Origin: Psammoneis japonica
Lineage: Eukaryota
Reading direction: 5' to 3'
DNA length: 64,000 bases
Assembly (NCBI GenBank): GCA_008632985.1
Contig: QPGO01000047.1
Span: 62,001-126,000, forward strand
Every line of letters begins with the position of its first letter. Within the stretch, counting starts at the first letter, position 1. The notes beneath the pieces were generated by a model. That model was not told where the DNA came from. It did no database searches and worked only from the letters and a program-made list of their open reading frames with translations. Both the position numbers and the translations under genes were made by a program. Positions 1 to 12,959 of this stretch are shown here, piece after piece.

Positions 1-1969
1 GCTGGGTGCTTGCACACTGTCCTGACAAGAAGAGCTTCAGTCTCTGTTTGCCCACTTGCAAAAAAGTGGCAAGCACCATGACAGCTGCTCTCACTGCATC
101 AATTTGCTGCAATTTTCTTTTTGTTGAACTCTCAAAGCACCTGTGCTGTTGAGATGATTGCTGCTGCCTCATTTTGTGTGTTGGCTGCAGGTGCATTTTG
201 GCATGGCTGGGGGAAGGGGGGGGAGACATTGTTGCTTCACCTCTGAGAAGTGAGAAGGCTTGGGCATCATCATCAAATGGTGCAGCAGCCACAAACCCAA
301 CTGCACAGCATGCACCAGCTGATGATTGGCCATGTGATGGGGCAGCACCTCTTGTCTGCAGGGGCACAGGGTTCACAAAGAATGAGCTGCATCACTGTGT
401 TGGCTGTCTGTGCCCAAATGCACCATGGCTTGAAATGAGCATGACAGCATGGAGCACTGCAGGCCAGAGTTTTTGTGCTGCACAAAGTTTTGTGCACATG
501 TCAGCTGGCTCTGCAATCAAAGCAGACAGAGCACAGCAAGATGACAGTGCATGCAGCATGGCCTGACTCCACAGCAAGCATTTGCAGCACACAGCAGAGG
601 AGTGTGGTGCATGCTGCAGGTGTGTGCTGTGTGTGTGTGCAAGTGTGGCAGGGCCACACTCATGTGTGCACAAGTGTGGGGCAGTGGTGCTGGGCCTGAT
701 GGCAGGGAACAGCAACAATGTTGTGCCAAGACAGTTCCCCTGATTTTTCTTCCTGCTGACAACATGAAAGCAATGGAGCAGCCATTGCAGCACAAGGCAA
801 TGGCACAGCACATGACACATGCTGTGGGGTGTCATCCGACCCAGCAACAAATGGCAAACCTTCCAGACCTGACATGTGGGACACTCTCCATGTGACATTG
901 GCCAGCAGATTCTGCATGTGCAAGCTCCACAGTTCAAACATCAGTTGACAAACCAACAGACTTGTTTTTGAAATTTAAACAAACAAGCAAAGTTTGCAGC
1001 ACAGCTGCACCTCTTCACCACACTGAAGTTGTCAAACAGATCACCCAACAACTGCAATCTAAAGTGTCACAGAACACCACCAAAGTTGCACAAAAATGCA
1101 CGTGCACATGGCGCATCTTAAAAAAACACAAACATCCTTGAAACTCAGCAGCAGCATGTGATGTCCTCCCACCTGCAGCTGTTGCTTGGGCAACCAGAGC
1201 CATTGCCATTTTTTGCAAAAAAGGCACAATGACAGACCTCCAATGAAACAAAAATGGAGGAGCCACAACTCTTCTGCTGGAGCACATCAGCTTTGCTGGC
1301 AGATTGCTGGCAGGTGGAGCCTCAGCCAGCCACCAGTTCAGCAGCAGATTTGACTTGCTCCTGCAGGATCACAACTCAAAATTATGAGCTGGAGTTTGGC
1401 ACCTGCTCACATGCATTGATGCTGGTGCTGGTTTGACAGGCTGAAAAAGCTGGTGTGTGTGATTGTTGACAAGCCCTTGAAAGAAATGTCTGCAACAAAA
1501 ATTTTGCAGTCTTTGGCCCTCCATCTGTGAGGACAGCAGCACAAACTCATCAGCTGCAAGGTCCAAATGTCATCAAATCAAGTTGGTGTGGTGGTGGGCA
1601 CATCTGCCACATCACAGAGCCTGCCACAGCACATGCTGTTCAGGCTGACAACTGGCAAACACTGGCAATGATTTGTGTCACATGACTTCCATGTGGCAGA
1701 AGCCATGCAATCTAAAAGCGCACATTGTGCAAGCATGAATGACTCACACTCATTCTGCTGAGCAGTTTTGTGTTGTCTGCATGTTGCATGGCCTCCTGCT
1801 GACACAAGCAAGAAGAGGAGCTGGGGTCTGTTTGCCTCCTGTGTGCAGAAGTGTGGCAAGGACCATGGTGACAACTGAGTCTGACTGCCCTGATTTTCTT
1901 GCAGCATTTTCTTTGTGTTGAACTTGCAATGCTTGCATTGTCAATGGTTGTTGCTGTTGCTGCTGTTGC

Positions 1970-2378
1970 ACTGGGGGGCTTGGGGATGACAAGATGCGAC
2001 GAGGAGCATTGTTGGGGGCTCTTCTGCTGTGACAAAAATTTGTCGTGCCTTTTTTTGTCACTTCTTGGCATGGCTTTGCAGGGGTGCATGAGAAGAGATG
2101 TGGCTCTCACCTCAGAGAAGGCATGGGTTTCACAGTCAAATGGCTGGGCAGCCAAGCCCAGAGCCACCCGGCAGGAACTGGTTGATCTGTGTGGTGGCAG
2201 CGCCTCCTGGGGCAGGGGATGATGCCCAAAGAGTGTGCTCTGCCACTGCTGGTTGCACCCAAAGCTTTTGGATGACTCGCACAATGCCATTTTGGCCATC
2301 TGCTCTTGTTGTCAACACACACAAATTGTGGCTGCTTTCTTCAAGCTGAGAGCGACGCGAGGAGCGACGACGTGGCAC
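1970..2378 (-). pseudogene. Degenerate protein-coding fragment, family not recognised
   Basis: The frame of ORF 2136-2378 continues protein-like (TQINQFLPGGSGLGCPAI*L*NPCLL*GESHISSHAPLQ) through TGA stops that could derive from CGA, and contains no Tyr. Confidence 0.35.
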
Positions 2379-2991
2379 CCCCCAGAGCCTCTGCTCTGTG
2401 GGTTAGCTCTAGACTCTAGAAGAGCAGACTTGGGAGGTGAGTGCAGGAAGGCAAAACAAAAGTTTTGTGGGAGAGGAATGAGGATTTTGGATGAGAAAAT
2501 CATGGGGCTCAGAGAGGAGTTTCGATGACGATTGCATTGCCACTCACTTCCATGCTTTGGCAGCACTTTCTACTCTTGCCCCACCCCTGCCAGCAATGGC
2601 GCATTTGTTTTGATTTTGGAAATGGAGCCCACGGCGGGAACGGAGACTTTGGCTTTCTAGACAATGAAGGGCACCATGGGTTCTCATTCAAGGCATGACA
2701 TGACAAGGGAAGGGTTCCTTCTGCTGCTCACATGCTGTCCAAGTCTTGTGGGATGCGTGATGCAACAGGAGCTGACAAAGCTTCCCATTTCTCTCATCAC
2801 ATTGGCATTTCTGCAGATGCTGTGGAACCACCCCAATTCCTGTTTGTCACAGGACACAGGCACCATCCAAACAAACACCCATCTTGCGCTTTTTGGCATG
2901 AGCGCTCTCGTTCTCAAGCAGTTGTCACCCTCGGAAGTCATGACCAAACTTCACTGTTCTGCTGTAAGAAGACACACCAAGTTTCGAAGTT

Positions 2992-5900
2992 TCACTCGGC
3001 TGCTGCTTCATGTTGGCTGCAGCACTTTTTCCCCGCCCGAGGCACTTTCTTGCAGCGAGCCCCGTTCTTTGTGGTCCCAGCGCAAGTTTCCTTCTTCGTC
3101 ATGATGGACGTGGGAGTGGGATTGTCGGAAGTCTTCTGATTGGAAGCTGGAGGAGCCACGGCTAGATCCTTCTGGGTTGAAGAAGCTCCACCGACCACCT
3201 TTGCCGACAGAGTGGGGGGCATTGGAGTTACATCGTCGGTTGCCTCGACATCCACATCAACAGCCGTCTTGCGACCCCATGATGAACCCATGAGTCGGTT
3301 CTTCCACGAACCACCACCGAGCTTTTTGGCGGATGGAGCAGGAGATGCAAGGGGCTCGGGACGCGACGAGTCCGACGGAGCATGGACTTCTTCTGCTAAA
3401 CGAAAGAGGGTCATTGGATGTGACAACATCAAAGAAGAGGATGCATGCTGGCGAGGCTTGCGCACCTTGTCATTGCCAGCAGCCTCCTTCTTGGTCGGCA
3501 CGTCACATGGCGTCACAGGATCCTCCGACAAAGCGTCGAACCAAACAGGAGTGGGTGACTGGCGTGTCCCATTGTTGCTTCCAGCAGGAGCATCCGCCTT
3601 GATTGATGCCGCGGCATCCTTTGAAATGGGCGTGTCGCGCGCCGTGGGACAATCCTTTGGCCCACTGGTGCCTTTTGCACCATGCTCATTTCGGTTGAAG
3701 AGTTCGTCCAAGACCTTTGGGTTGAGTTCAAAAAATTAAAAAGGGCAAGTGGATTTGGCAAACAATGCAAGCGCAAGCAGGACAATGTACAGCCATGCAG
3801 CAGCTTTTGCACCTCAACCCCGGGGGCGTCCTTGGCATCATCCTTGGGCTTCCCAATGGTGGCAATGTTTGCAACCCCACGTGCATTCCAGTTTGCCTTG
3901 GACGAGTCGTCCGAGACCCACAAAGACAGCATGATCAAAGCGGTGAATGGCTCAGATTGCAGCGTGAGACAATTCAGAAACCAGAGCCAAAATCAGCATG
4001 ACAAAAGCAGTTTGCATGCCTCAGCGACCATCGGCGGCGTGCCGTCCTTGGCGTCAACCTTGGGCCCACCAATGCCGGCAACGTTTGCAACCCCACATGC
4101 ATTCCGGTTTTCCTTGGATGAGTTTTCCGAGACCTTCTATAAAGATGGCACAAAGAGGTGAACAGTTCAGGTTCCAGCATGACAACACACAAACCAGAGC
4201 CAACATCATTGCGAGAAAGTGCTTTGCATGCCTTGTCGACGACCGGCGGCGAGTCGTTGGCGGCGTCATCCTTGGGCTTGCCAATGCCAGCACCGTTTGC
4301 AACCCCGCGCACATTCCGGTTTGCCTTGGACGAGTTTTCCGAGACCTTCTATAAAGACAGCACAATCAAAGTGGTGAATGGTTCAGGTTCCAGAACAACA
4401 ACACACAAGCCAGAGTCAAAATCAGAACGACAAAAGCACTTTGCACACCCAAGTGACGATCGGCGGTGCGCCGTGCGAGGCATCATCCTTGGGCCCACCA
4501 ACACCGGTGCCTCTTGCAACCCCATGCGCCTTCTGGTTTGGGCTGAAGTCAGAAAACATCTCCCATGCAAATGGAGAGAAGGACAAAAGGAAAAAGAGGT
4601 GAACAGATCTGACAACAAGAGGCGATGTCATGCAAGAATGGATCTGATGATGCATTGCGCGAGACAGAGTAAAAAGACGAAACACCACTGCATGCACACC
4701 TTGACAGAAGAGTCATCGGTTTGGTTGATCCGGAACAAAACCCAGTGCGCTTTCCGGCTCGACTTGGACGAGTTGTCTGAGACCCACAGACAACATGACC
4801 AAAGCAGTGAACAGTTCAGACCACAGCATGATGACACACAAGCCAGAGCCAAAACAGTGCGATGTGAGTGGTTTACATGCCTCAGCGACGATCGGCGGTG
4901 TGCCGTGCGAGGCGTCATCCTTGGCTCTGCCAGCACCGGTGCCTCTTGCAACCTGTGAAGACAGCACAACCAAAGCGGTGAATGGTTCTGAATGCAGCAC
5001 AACAACAAAAAAGCAAGATCCAAAATCATTGCAAGAAAAGCACTTTTGCATGCCTCAGCAACGATCGGCGGCGAGTCACAGGCGGCGTCATCCTTGGGCC
5101 TGCCGGCACCGGTGCCTCTTGCACCATGCTCCATCTGATTTGGGTTGGAGTCATCAAGCACACCTCAGCAACGATCGGCGGCGAGTCGCAGGCGACGTCA
5201 TCCTTGGGCCTGCCGGTGCCGGTTGCAGCATGCATGCAGACAAAAGGTCATTTTTGTCACGCCCTTTGTGACATTTAAAGGCTGCAACACGTCGCCGTGA
5301 CACATTGACTCTTGTCAGCAGCTGTGTGTTGCACGGTGCCTCTCGCACCATGCTCCGTCTGATTTGGGTTGGAGTCATCAAACATCTCCCACACCGATAG
5401 AGAGAAGGAAAAAAGGTAAAAAGAGGCCAGTGGATCTGACAACAAGATGCGACATTGTGCGAGAATGGATCTGACGATGCAATGCGCGAGACAAAGCAAA
5501 AACAGGAAACACCAATGCATGCTGCGCACCTCAACAGAAGAGTCTTCGGTCTGCTTGTCTCGGAACAAAACTTTGCTTGAAGAAAAAGCCTTGGGAGTGT
5601 TGAAAGCAGAGGCGCGACTGCAAGGCCTGTGGGTCGATTTGCGCACAGACGCGTTGACGCAGTTTTCGATCTCCTCCGCGGTGAGCTGACCTGTTTTGAG
5701 TTTTTCAGTGTTTTCCAGGGTCACCTTGACCACATCCTTGAGAGTGGGCGACGTGGAACCACCATTTTCCACCAATGTGTTGGTGATGTGCTGATTCCTG
5801 TTGTCACGATTGTGCTGATTCTGAACAAAATTGATGTCGACAGCACCAGGTTTGATTGCATCGTGCCGGTGGCAGGTCGGACAGCCAATTCCGTGCCAGG

Positions 5901-6143
5901 ATTCAGAAGACGAGGTCGCGGCCCGTTTTGACCTTCGGTGAACAGTTCACACCATTTCTGGCAAAACATCCGCCGAGTGTTGCTGTCATTGAGCAAGTCG
6001 AGGTGCGGATAAACTTGCTTCAACTCGGCATCAAAACGATCGATCGCACATGCTCCGGCGAGCTTCTTGATCTCCGGATCCATTTCGGCTCTTTCAATCA
6101 TGGGCTTGAAGAAGGCATCGTAGGCGCTGAAGATAGGAGCCAT
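2992..6143 (-). pseudogene. Disrupted hypothetical gene with a C-terminal CxxxTxxGxRC...CxxH putative zinc-binding motif, interrupted by an internal repeat array
   Basis: ORFs 5721-6218, 5275-5775 and 2992-3711 read as pieces of one protein (ATG 6143, frameshift near 5850). The C-terminus is CAGTTKNGARCKKVPRAGKKCCSQH, where this motif normally has YCxxH. The EHGA(K/R)GT motif occurs in both the last piece and the repeats. Confidence 0.5.
3790..5570. repeat. Degenerate tandem array of ~210-215 bp units plus a duplicated ~200 bp block (about 4540-4740 and 5360-5570)
   Basis: gcaacccc..gcattcc.gttt.ccttgga.gag recurs at 3871, 4087 and 4299. The gatcggcggcg...catccttggg motif recurs to about 5210. 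Confidence 0.85.
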
Positions 6144-6333
6144 GATGTTGGTGCGGTAGGATAGAGGAGGGTAACAACACAAACCAAAACAGCATGCATG
6201 GGTGTGTTGCTGCTGCAATATGAAAATTGCACGCGGCCGTAGTGTCGGTACGGTGATTGCCGTATGTACATTTCTACGTCAAAAAGAACTTTAAATTTAA
6301 ATGCCCTTCTTCGGCGGAAAGCAACCAAACATT

Positions 6334-6393
6334 ATAGCCCCTACAATAGCCCCTACAACAGCCCTTACAACAGCCCCTACTATTGCCCTTACA
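6334..6393. repeat. Five tandem copies of a 12-bp unit (atagcccctaca) in a divergent intergenic region
   Basis: atagcccctaca, atagcccctaca, acagcccttaca, acagcccctact, attgcccttaca. Confidence 0.9.
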
Positions 6394-6483
6394 TTTATTT
6401 AACGCTTGTTTACCTAGCCAGCTAATCAGAAAGGGTGGAGGCGCGCGCGGGTCTCGCACCATGCAGCGCATCATTCATCGTCG

Positions 6484-8145
6484 ATGCGGTCAACCCACAA
6501 CAAACAAAAATATCGAACGCAACAAACTACCATGACATTGACAACGCGCCGCTGCCCAAGCTTAACTCCGTTTTCTCAGTTGCTATCCCAGGTTGTTCAG
6601 CAAGATGGCTCTCAAGACGATGTCACCTCTACCGATACGTACCTTTCAGTCGTCTCATTCAACCTTCTAGCCGAGCTCTATGTCCGTCCATTTGACTTGC
6701 GAACCGGTTGCATTCAGCCCTTTGCGGCATTTGAATGGATATCAGAGGAGGATACTGCTGACATACTGGACATTGAGAGCCGAGGACCAAGGTTACTTGC
6801 ATCATTGAGATCGTGCAATGCCGACGTAATATGTTTGCAAGAGCTACAGCTTGAGCGGATAAAGGAAAATACTAGCATTACTGGCAATTCGAAGAAGAGT
6901 AGCTTTGAATTGCCAACGTGGATCAAGCCCATTGTCGCAGACGAGCCGTATGCTATTGCATTGCCTCCTCAATCAGAACTTGAGGTTATTGCAGCTCGAA
7001 ATGTACGGGTTCTTGGTGCCGATGTTGCTGTTACCTGTGCTGTACTGTACCGCAACGACAGGATGCAGGTTGTCGACGAGAAGTTTCAGGGCGCCAAGGA
7101 TATAGATACCGTTACATCGGTCACTGTGTGTCTAAGGGGTAAGCGTGGATCTCAAAATGCGTCAATGAATCCTGTTGCTATAACGTCTATCCATCTTGAT
7201 GCCACGGATGAGCGGAAAAGAGTCGGTCAGTTGAGGCGATGTCTCCAACGAGCTCGGAATTTTCGATCAAAACGAGAAGAATTCGAACCGATGTCGACAC
7301 TCATTCTCGGGGATTACAATCAGGAATGCTTCCCAGGCTCTTGTGTTTCAGCATTTCTTTCCAGTAGCAATGACGGGGCAAGAGTAGATGATGCAGACAT
7401 GCGAAAAGAGTGCGCCGCTGCTCTTCGTCTAAAAAGGGACGAGAAACCTACGGAGAAGCAAATGAAGGAATGGATTGACTTATACAATGAGACGCGTGAC
7501 ATTGTACGGGATTTGTGCGTCTCGTTGAGTAGAGTAGAAACCTGTGAAACGCGATCTGCATATGATCATGAAACTGTTGAAAATGGGAAGCGGATCATGG
7601 GCCAATGGCGCTTAGACCATATGATTTACACATCAACAACGCTGCATCCATGTGCATACTGGAGCACACTGGAGAGTGATGAGGCATCGTGTCGGATTGG
7701 CCTACCCAATCGAAGATATGGGTCGGATCACTTGCCGATAGGAGCACTGTTTCGCATTTTGCCAGCTCCAGCGTTGTCTGAGGAAGAGAAGGCATCGTTG
7801 CTGCAGACTCTGAGTGATATCTCCAGGAAGCATGAGCGAGAAATTGAGTCAAAGCAAGCAGAACTAGGTGCCGAGCTTGCGGCAATGGAGGCAAATATTA
7901 CACCTGTTGCTTCTGTCGTTGTAGTTCCCGACGTCGGAAGCAGTGGAAAGAAAAACAACAAGAAAGGTCCGCCACCACGAGAAGTTGTAGAATTTATGCG
8001 AAAGCGACGCTCCATTATGAGAGACCTAAAAGCTAGGCACAAGGATGAAAGGAAGCAATGGATATGTACTCTAGGAGACCTGGAGAGACTGGTTATTGAA
8101 AACAAATGCGGCTTCAGTTGTAGTCAGTGGATGGAACGGGGTTGA
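6484..8145 (+). CDS. Endonuclease/exonuclease/phosphatase (EEP; CCR4/nocturnin-like) protein
   Basis: 553-aa ORF with EEP motifs SFNLLA, ADVICLQE, SIHL, ILGDYN, RLDHM and YGSDHLP. Alternative start at 6532. Confidence 0.9.
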   Translation: MRSTHNKQKYRTQQTTMTLTTRRCPSLTPFSQLLSQVVQQDGSQDDVTSTDTYLSVVSFNLLAELYVRPFDLRTGCIQPFAAFEWISEEDTADILDIESRGPRLLASLRSCNADVICLQELQLERIKENTSITGNSKKSSFELPTWIKPIVADEPYAIALPPQSELEVIAARNVRVLGADVAVTCAVLYRNDRMQVVDEKFQGAKDIDTVTSVTVCLRGKRGSQNASMNPVAITSIHLDATDERKRVGQLRRCLQRARNFRSKREEFEPMSTLILGDYNQECFPGSCVSAFLSSSNDGARVDDADMRKECAAALRLKRDEKPTEKQMKEWIDLYNETRDIVRDLCVSLSRVETCETRSAYDHETVENGKRIMGQWRLDHMIYTSTTLHPCAYWSTLESDEASCRIGLPNRRYGSDHLPIGALFRILPAPALSEEEKASLLQTLSDISRKHEREIESKQAELGAELAAMEANITPVASVVVVPDVGSSGKKNNKKGPPPREVVEFMRKRRSIMRDLKARHKDERKQWICTLGDLERLVIENKCGFSCSQWMERG

Positions 8146-8542
8146 GCGTCCGAAGAACATTTACAGCTTCGTTCTTCTGAGCGCCCTTACACCGAGAGAT
8201 GCCGGCATGATCAAGAGTGGCACAAGTGATAGCAATGAGCACCAAAACACTCACTGGTTTAGTGACTTTGTTCTCAAGCACAACAGCTCCTGGAAAAAGG
8301 CTGGTACTAGTTTTCGCTCTTGCCCATGATCTACATACATAATCAAAGCGCTGATCAAGAATTGAATTGAGCTATTAACTAGTTAGCATGCCCTTTAGTT
8401 TGCAAATTAGTGTACTTGCGTTGTGAAATCTTCACCACGCCAGTATTTATTGTCGACAATCACACGTACAGGTCTGTTCCGCCCCCAAGTCGCTGGGGAA
8501 GAGACCTCGCCCCCACATCGGTACCTTAACACAATAACAAAA

Positions 8543-9902
8543 TTACCGAAGGAAATCTGGCACATCGGAAGATCCTACGTTCTCCTCGTAATTCATTCCG
8601 AATCCAGTAGCTAAGACAGTCACGGATACCTCATCCTTGATGTCATCGTCAACCAGAGCACCGAAAATAACGTTTGCGTCATCGTCGACATTGTCATAGA
8701 TAACTCGTGCAGCGAGGTTTACGTCCTGCAGAGATAGATCACGGGGGCCAAGAATGTTGAAGACAACACCCGTTGCCCCGCTTACCGGCTCGTCAAGAAG
8801 AGGACTGGAAATGGCAGCGATTGCTGCATCTTCTGCACTGGTCCTACCAACGCCCGTCCCAATACCCATAAGAGCTGTTCCAGCATCCTTCATGACGGAC
8901 CTTACATCTGCAAAATCCACATTGATCAAGCCCGGCCTTACAATAATCTCAGATATTCCCACTACACCCTGTCTCAGAATATCGTCGGCAACACGAAACG
9001 CCGCCGTCACGGGAGTGTCATCAGGAATAATCTCCAACAGCCGGTTGTTTGAGACAACAATAACAGTGTCTACATGCTCACGCAGGTTAGCAATCGCATC
9101 AGTCGCTTGTCTCATCCGTCTGCGCCCCTCAAAGGCAAAAGGTTTGGTAACAATCGCAATTGTCAGCGCACCGGATTCCTTTGCAACCTCCGATACGACG
9201 GGTGCGGCTCCACTACCTGTACCACCACCCATTCCACTAGTCACAAAACAAAGATCTGTGCCCTGAATCATTGCATCGATATCCTCTCGTGACTCTTCTG
9301 CTGCTGCTCTACCCACGTCAGGATCCCCGCCTGCACCTAACCCGCGAGTGACAGAAGCACCAATGTTCAATACCTTGGCTCCCAGAGCCTTACTTCGACC
9401 CAAAGCTTGGGCGTCTGTGTTGATGGCCCAATATTCGACTCCAGTCACTGCTGTCTCCAACATGCGATCCACCTATTGTATACAAAAAAGAGACAGACTG
9501 TGTAAGACAATCGGCACTTTTACGTCAGTTCTAATCCCGGCAACCCATACTCACCGCATTACATCCACCACCTCCAACACCAAGTACTCGAATGACACAA
9601 GGAGAAAGACCACCATCAGGCATGAGTGGCTGTACCGTACTCTTACGAGGAAGAACGTCCTTCGCATTTCGGAACCCCAAAAAGGTACCTCGGCCATTTT
9701 TCAACTTGTGTGGTTGTCTCGATGTGATGAGTGGCTGGTCCTCGTTGGACGGTAATTTCATACTCATTGGTGTATTAAATGCTCGGCGAGTTGGTGAAAG
9801 ATGAGAGACATATGCAGTTGTTGTTGTTGATAATTGAAATAGCAGCAACCCCATCACACAGGAGCTAACCCATATTGAAGACAAGGCATTCATTGTCGGC
9901 AT
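8543..9902 (-). CDS. ftsZ: Plastid division protein FtsZ, two exons (9902-9555 and 9472-8543)
   Basis: IRVLGVGGGGCNA|VDRM joined across a GT-AG intron at 9473-9554. Tubulin signature GMGGGTGSG, LINVDFADV, N-terminal signal plus transit peptide. Confidence 0.97.
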
Positions 9903-10638
9903 GTTTCGCGGTTAGTTCTCTCGATGTTTCTTCTGGTTGGCGATGAAACTCTCTCAAAGACAAAAGAAAGACTTGAACTCAGATAGTAGCGCTGTATAAT
10001 ACCTCGTGGCACACAACAGTCAAGGAGTTGCAGCACTGTAAATCGTTTGTTGCGTCCCCACACGTGTTGTTTGATGATGTTGGGTGACGTAACGAGCAGG
10101 ATGATTGTGCGTGTTTTTGTTGGAGGGGATTGACGATGATCAAAGCTCAACGCGCGGAGCCCAACGGAAGCGAATGGGCGTGTTGTGCCCGAGTGAGAAA
10201 GTCACTCAGTAGGTTTCCACCTTCAGACCAGTACAAAACTTTTCGTACGTGGTGCGCCCGCCAAAATGAGACAGCCAAACGTGCACACAAATTGGGTAAA
10301 AAGTGTGGCGCAAGCCATCGGCATGCAAATCTTTTTACGAGGGTCTTGTACCAGATGCTTCGTAGGATTGATTTGCTTCAATAATTGTGTTTCACGTGGC
10401 ACCTCCAACGCTTTCACGTACGTACAACAGACGTTGCGACGACCAAAACAAATACGCAAAACACCGGGAACACAACAAACAACAAAGCAGCCGAGAGCAC
10501 ATCGAACTAGAGAGCTGTGAAGACAGTTGTACCCCAGTTACTACTTGTAGCTACGGGAAAGAAGCAAACATACGAACTTTTAGATGGATTCAGGTGTTTA
10601 AATCGCCCGTGAAAAGAAACGAAGAACAAATCGCAAAG

Positions 10639-11387
10639 ATGCGCGCACAAAAATCGGTACTTTTCGCTCTCGCCTGTATTGCCATGACGGCATCTGCTTG
10701 GGTTCCTACCGTGCCAAAGACAAATACTTTTCGTGGATGTTTGTACATGTCTGATGCCAGTGAGTCGCCTCCAGCTTCTCCAACTACTTTCCGGGAAGCC
10801 GAGGTGTTGGGACTGCGGCTCATGCAGGAGGGGAAATACGAAGATGCGTTGGGAATCTTTGAAAAGGGACTTAAGCTCCCTGGATCCAGACCGGATATTG
10901 TACGAACAAAACGAGTGTCTGGGCCCTCTCCTGTTGGAGGCTCTGCTGGTGGAACAGATTCTGAGACCGTCATGAGCTTGGACGAATTTGAATTGCAAGC
11001 TGCTCACTACAACATGGCGTGCGCTCACGCTCAAATGGGAAATGCGCAAGAGGTACGACGGCAACTCATGGCAGAGCACAATGTGCAGTTCGATCAACCG
11101 TACTGTGAATACGTTGTTTCCAAGTCGGTTTCTCACATTTGCATTGCATGTATTCGCATTGTTTCCAGTGCCTCGACAACTTGAAATTGGCTTTCGACAA
11201 TGGCTTTGATAATTACGCTGCCGTTCGAGGAGATCCCGATCTATCCGCCTTGCAAGGCTCGGCTGACTTTGATGCGCTAATGGACTCTTATACGAAAAAG
11301 GAAAAGTTGAATCTTCCAAAGTTTGACTTGTCGCCATCACCGCCATCTATTCCTAACCCGTTTCTTGGTTTGTTTGGGAAGAAGTGA
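10639..11387 (+). CDS. Plastid-targeted TPR protein, MET1-like; intron 11053-11168
   Basis: Signal peptide with ASAW motif. GKYEDAL..F, AAHYNMACAHA and AFDNGFDNYAAVRGDPDLSAL resemble the MET1 TPR region. Confidence 0.8.
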
Positions 11388-11850
11388 GTGCTTTTGGAGC
11401 ACTCACAAATTGTCTGCCGTTTTACTATCTTTTAAATAGTTCAGCTTGAGATCTTCCAATTTCCTCTCTCTCCCATCTCTCTGATCTCACCACTATAGCA
11501 GCTCTCGCTCTCAAAACTCACTCACCAAAAATTCACTCTCCCAGCTCAAACCCCCAAGTCATTCTCCAATCTCACTCTGCCGTCGCCTAGTCTCACTGCT
11601 GTGCTCTGGTGCCGATCATTTTCCGTCCCTGCGGGGGATGGATCCGTCCGTCTCACATCAACCTTGTGAAAAGCGCACGAGAATGCTGATTTCACTCAAA
11701 TTCCACTCATCTTGGCCTGCCAAGTACCGGTGCCAGTCAGTGGCTACTACTAGACAGTGGGGCACCCGCCATAGCTATGGTACACTTCCGGATTCCTTAC
11801 GTGCGTTCCTTTCACCGGCAATAAACGCCCTAGAATGTCTACGTTGAATT

Positions 11851-12751
11851 TCAGTTGGAGGAATCACAAATCTCCGGTTTCTCACGCAGCAACGCATAAA
11901 TAAGGCTAGGACCCAACGACTCAGCTTTGGATATCTCTCCAAGAATGCTATTGTTCATCCATCCAGGCAAATTAATACTCGGAGTAGCACACGAATACGT
12001 GTGCAATGGTCGTCGTTTTAGGCTTGTCAGCAGAACCATTTGCCTGTTGACTTTCTCAAACACGTGAGCCCATAAACAAGGATGTACGTTGTCTTTCTCC
12101 AACAGCTGTTTGCTTTGCGCTTCCAACAAGGCAAGAGTAAGAAGCACGTTTTGTTTCTCAGTAGATAAATCAATCGGAGTCTTCCCATCTCGATCCTTGG
12201 CGTGCAAGTCAGCACCATGGTCAAGTAGCACTTTTGCCGTATCAACACCACTGTCGCCAAGCACTTTAGCCGAATGATCCACGAATTTTTTACTACACAA
12301 CAGATGCAACGGCGTTCTTCCCAACTGGCTCATCAAATTGACATCTGCTCCATTGTCCAACAGCACTTGAATGGTAGCTTGAGCTCTCAAGGAATGGTCT
12401 ATAACAGAGGCTTTATGAAGCGGCGTTTCTCCATGAATGTCGAAAACGTCCGCGGTTTCTCCGTAATCCAAAAGCAGTCGCAAAATGCGTGAAGAGCCTA
12501 AACCAACCACAACGTGTAGCGCTGTTACCCCCTCGCCATGACGGGAAAACGTTGCTTTACCCACATCAGCGCCTTGTTGTAGCAGAATTTCCACCATTTT
12601 GTATCGCCTTGTGCCTTGTGGCAACGGCGAAGACAAGTGGTGTCATGCCGTCCTTTTCACCGTTCACGTCCACTCTGTCATCTAAGCAAGCTTCGACTTC
12701 CGCTGTTGTCCCATTTTTGATACGCCAGAAGATGTCTCTGACAGTGTCCAT
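11851..12751 (-). pseudogene. Ankyrin-repeat protein frameshifted by a 7-bp tandem duplication
   Basis: ANK motifs GMTPLVFA, GVTALH, GETPLHKA, GRTPLH and GKTPIDL. ccttgtg is duplicated at 12607-12620; removing one copy joins the two ORFs. Confidence 0.85.
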
Positions 12752-12959
12752 GACAAGCCAAGCAGGGATTCAAGGTATAAAGCGAGAACAGAACGACGAA
12801 ACAAGCAATCAATGCAACAACGAGCAATCAGTCTACTTCTGCATCTGCATGATGGATGTACAGCTGCGACGACGCACCCCGGTATTTTTGAATAAGGAAA
12901 TTATGCATTCGACATAGAAATTAGTCTACTTTTTTCACACCGGTACGGAACACACAGCC

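Larger units (their letters stand above)
1..6000. other. TpA-depleted domain A (CpG also strongly depleted in about 1-2200)
   Basis: Only a handful of TA in the first 2.5 kb (near 977, 1060, 1119, 1383, 1713, 2404-2418). TG/CA-rich, with Cys/His/Gln-rich ORFs in all frames. Boundaries approximate. Confidence 0.85.

Noticed and set aside
174..1921. Dense Cys/His/Gln/Trp-rich ORFs in all six frames (also in domains B, C, F and G) that could look like metal-binding peptides
   Set aside because: By-product of TG/CA enrichment and loss of TAA/TAG stops; no coherent domain or codon pattern.
3790..5570. CRISPR-like or LTR structure
   Set aside because: Units are long, diverged and lack unique spacers; no cas, gag or pol sequence, and the host is eukaryotic.
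11384..11406. 9-bp hairpin overlapping the TPR gene stop codon, resembling a terminator
   Set aside because: Short enough to arise by chance, and intrinsic terminators are not expected in a eukaryotic nuclear gene.
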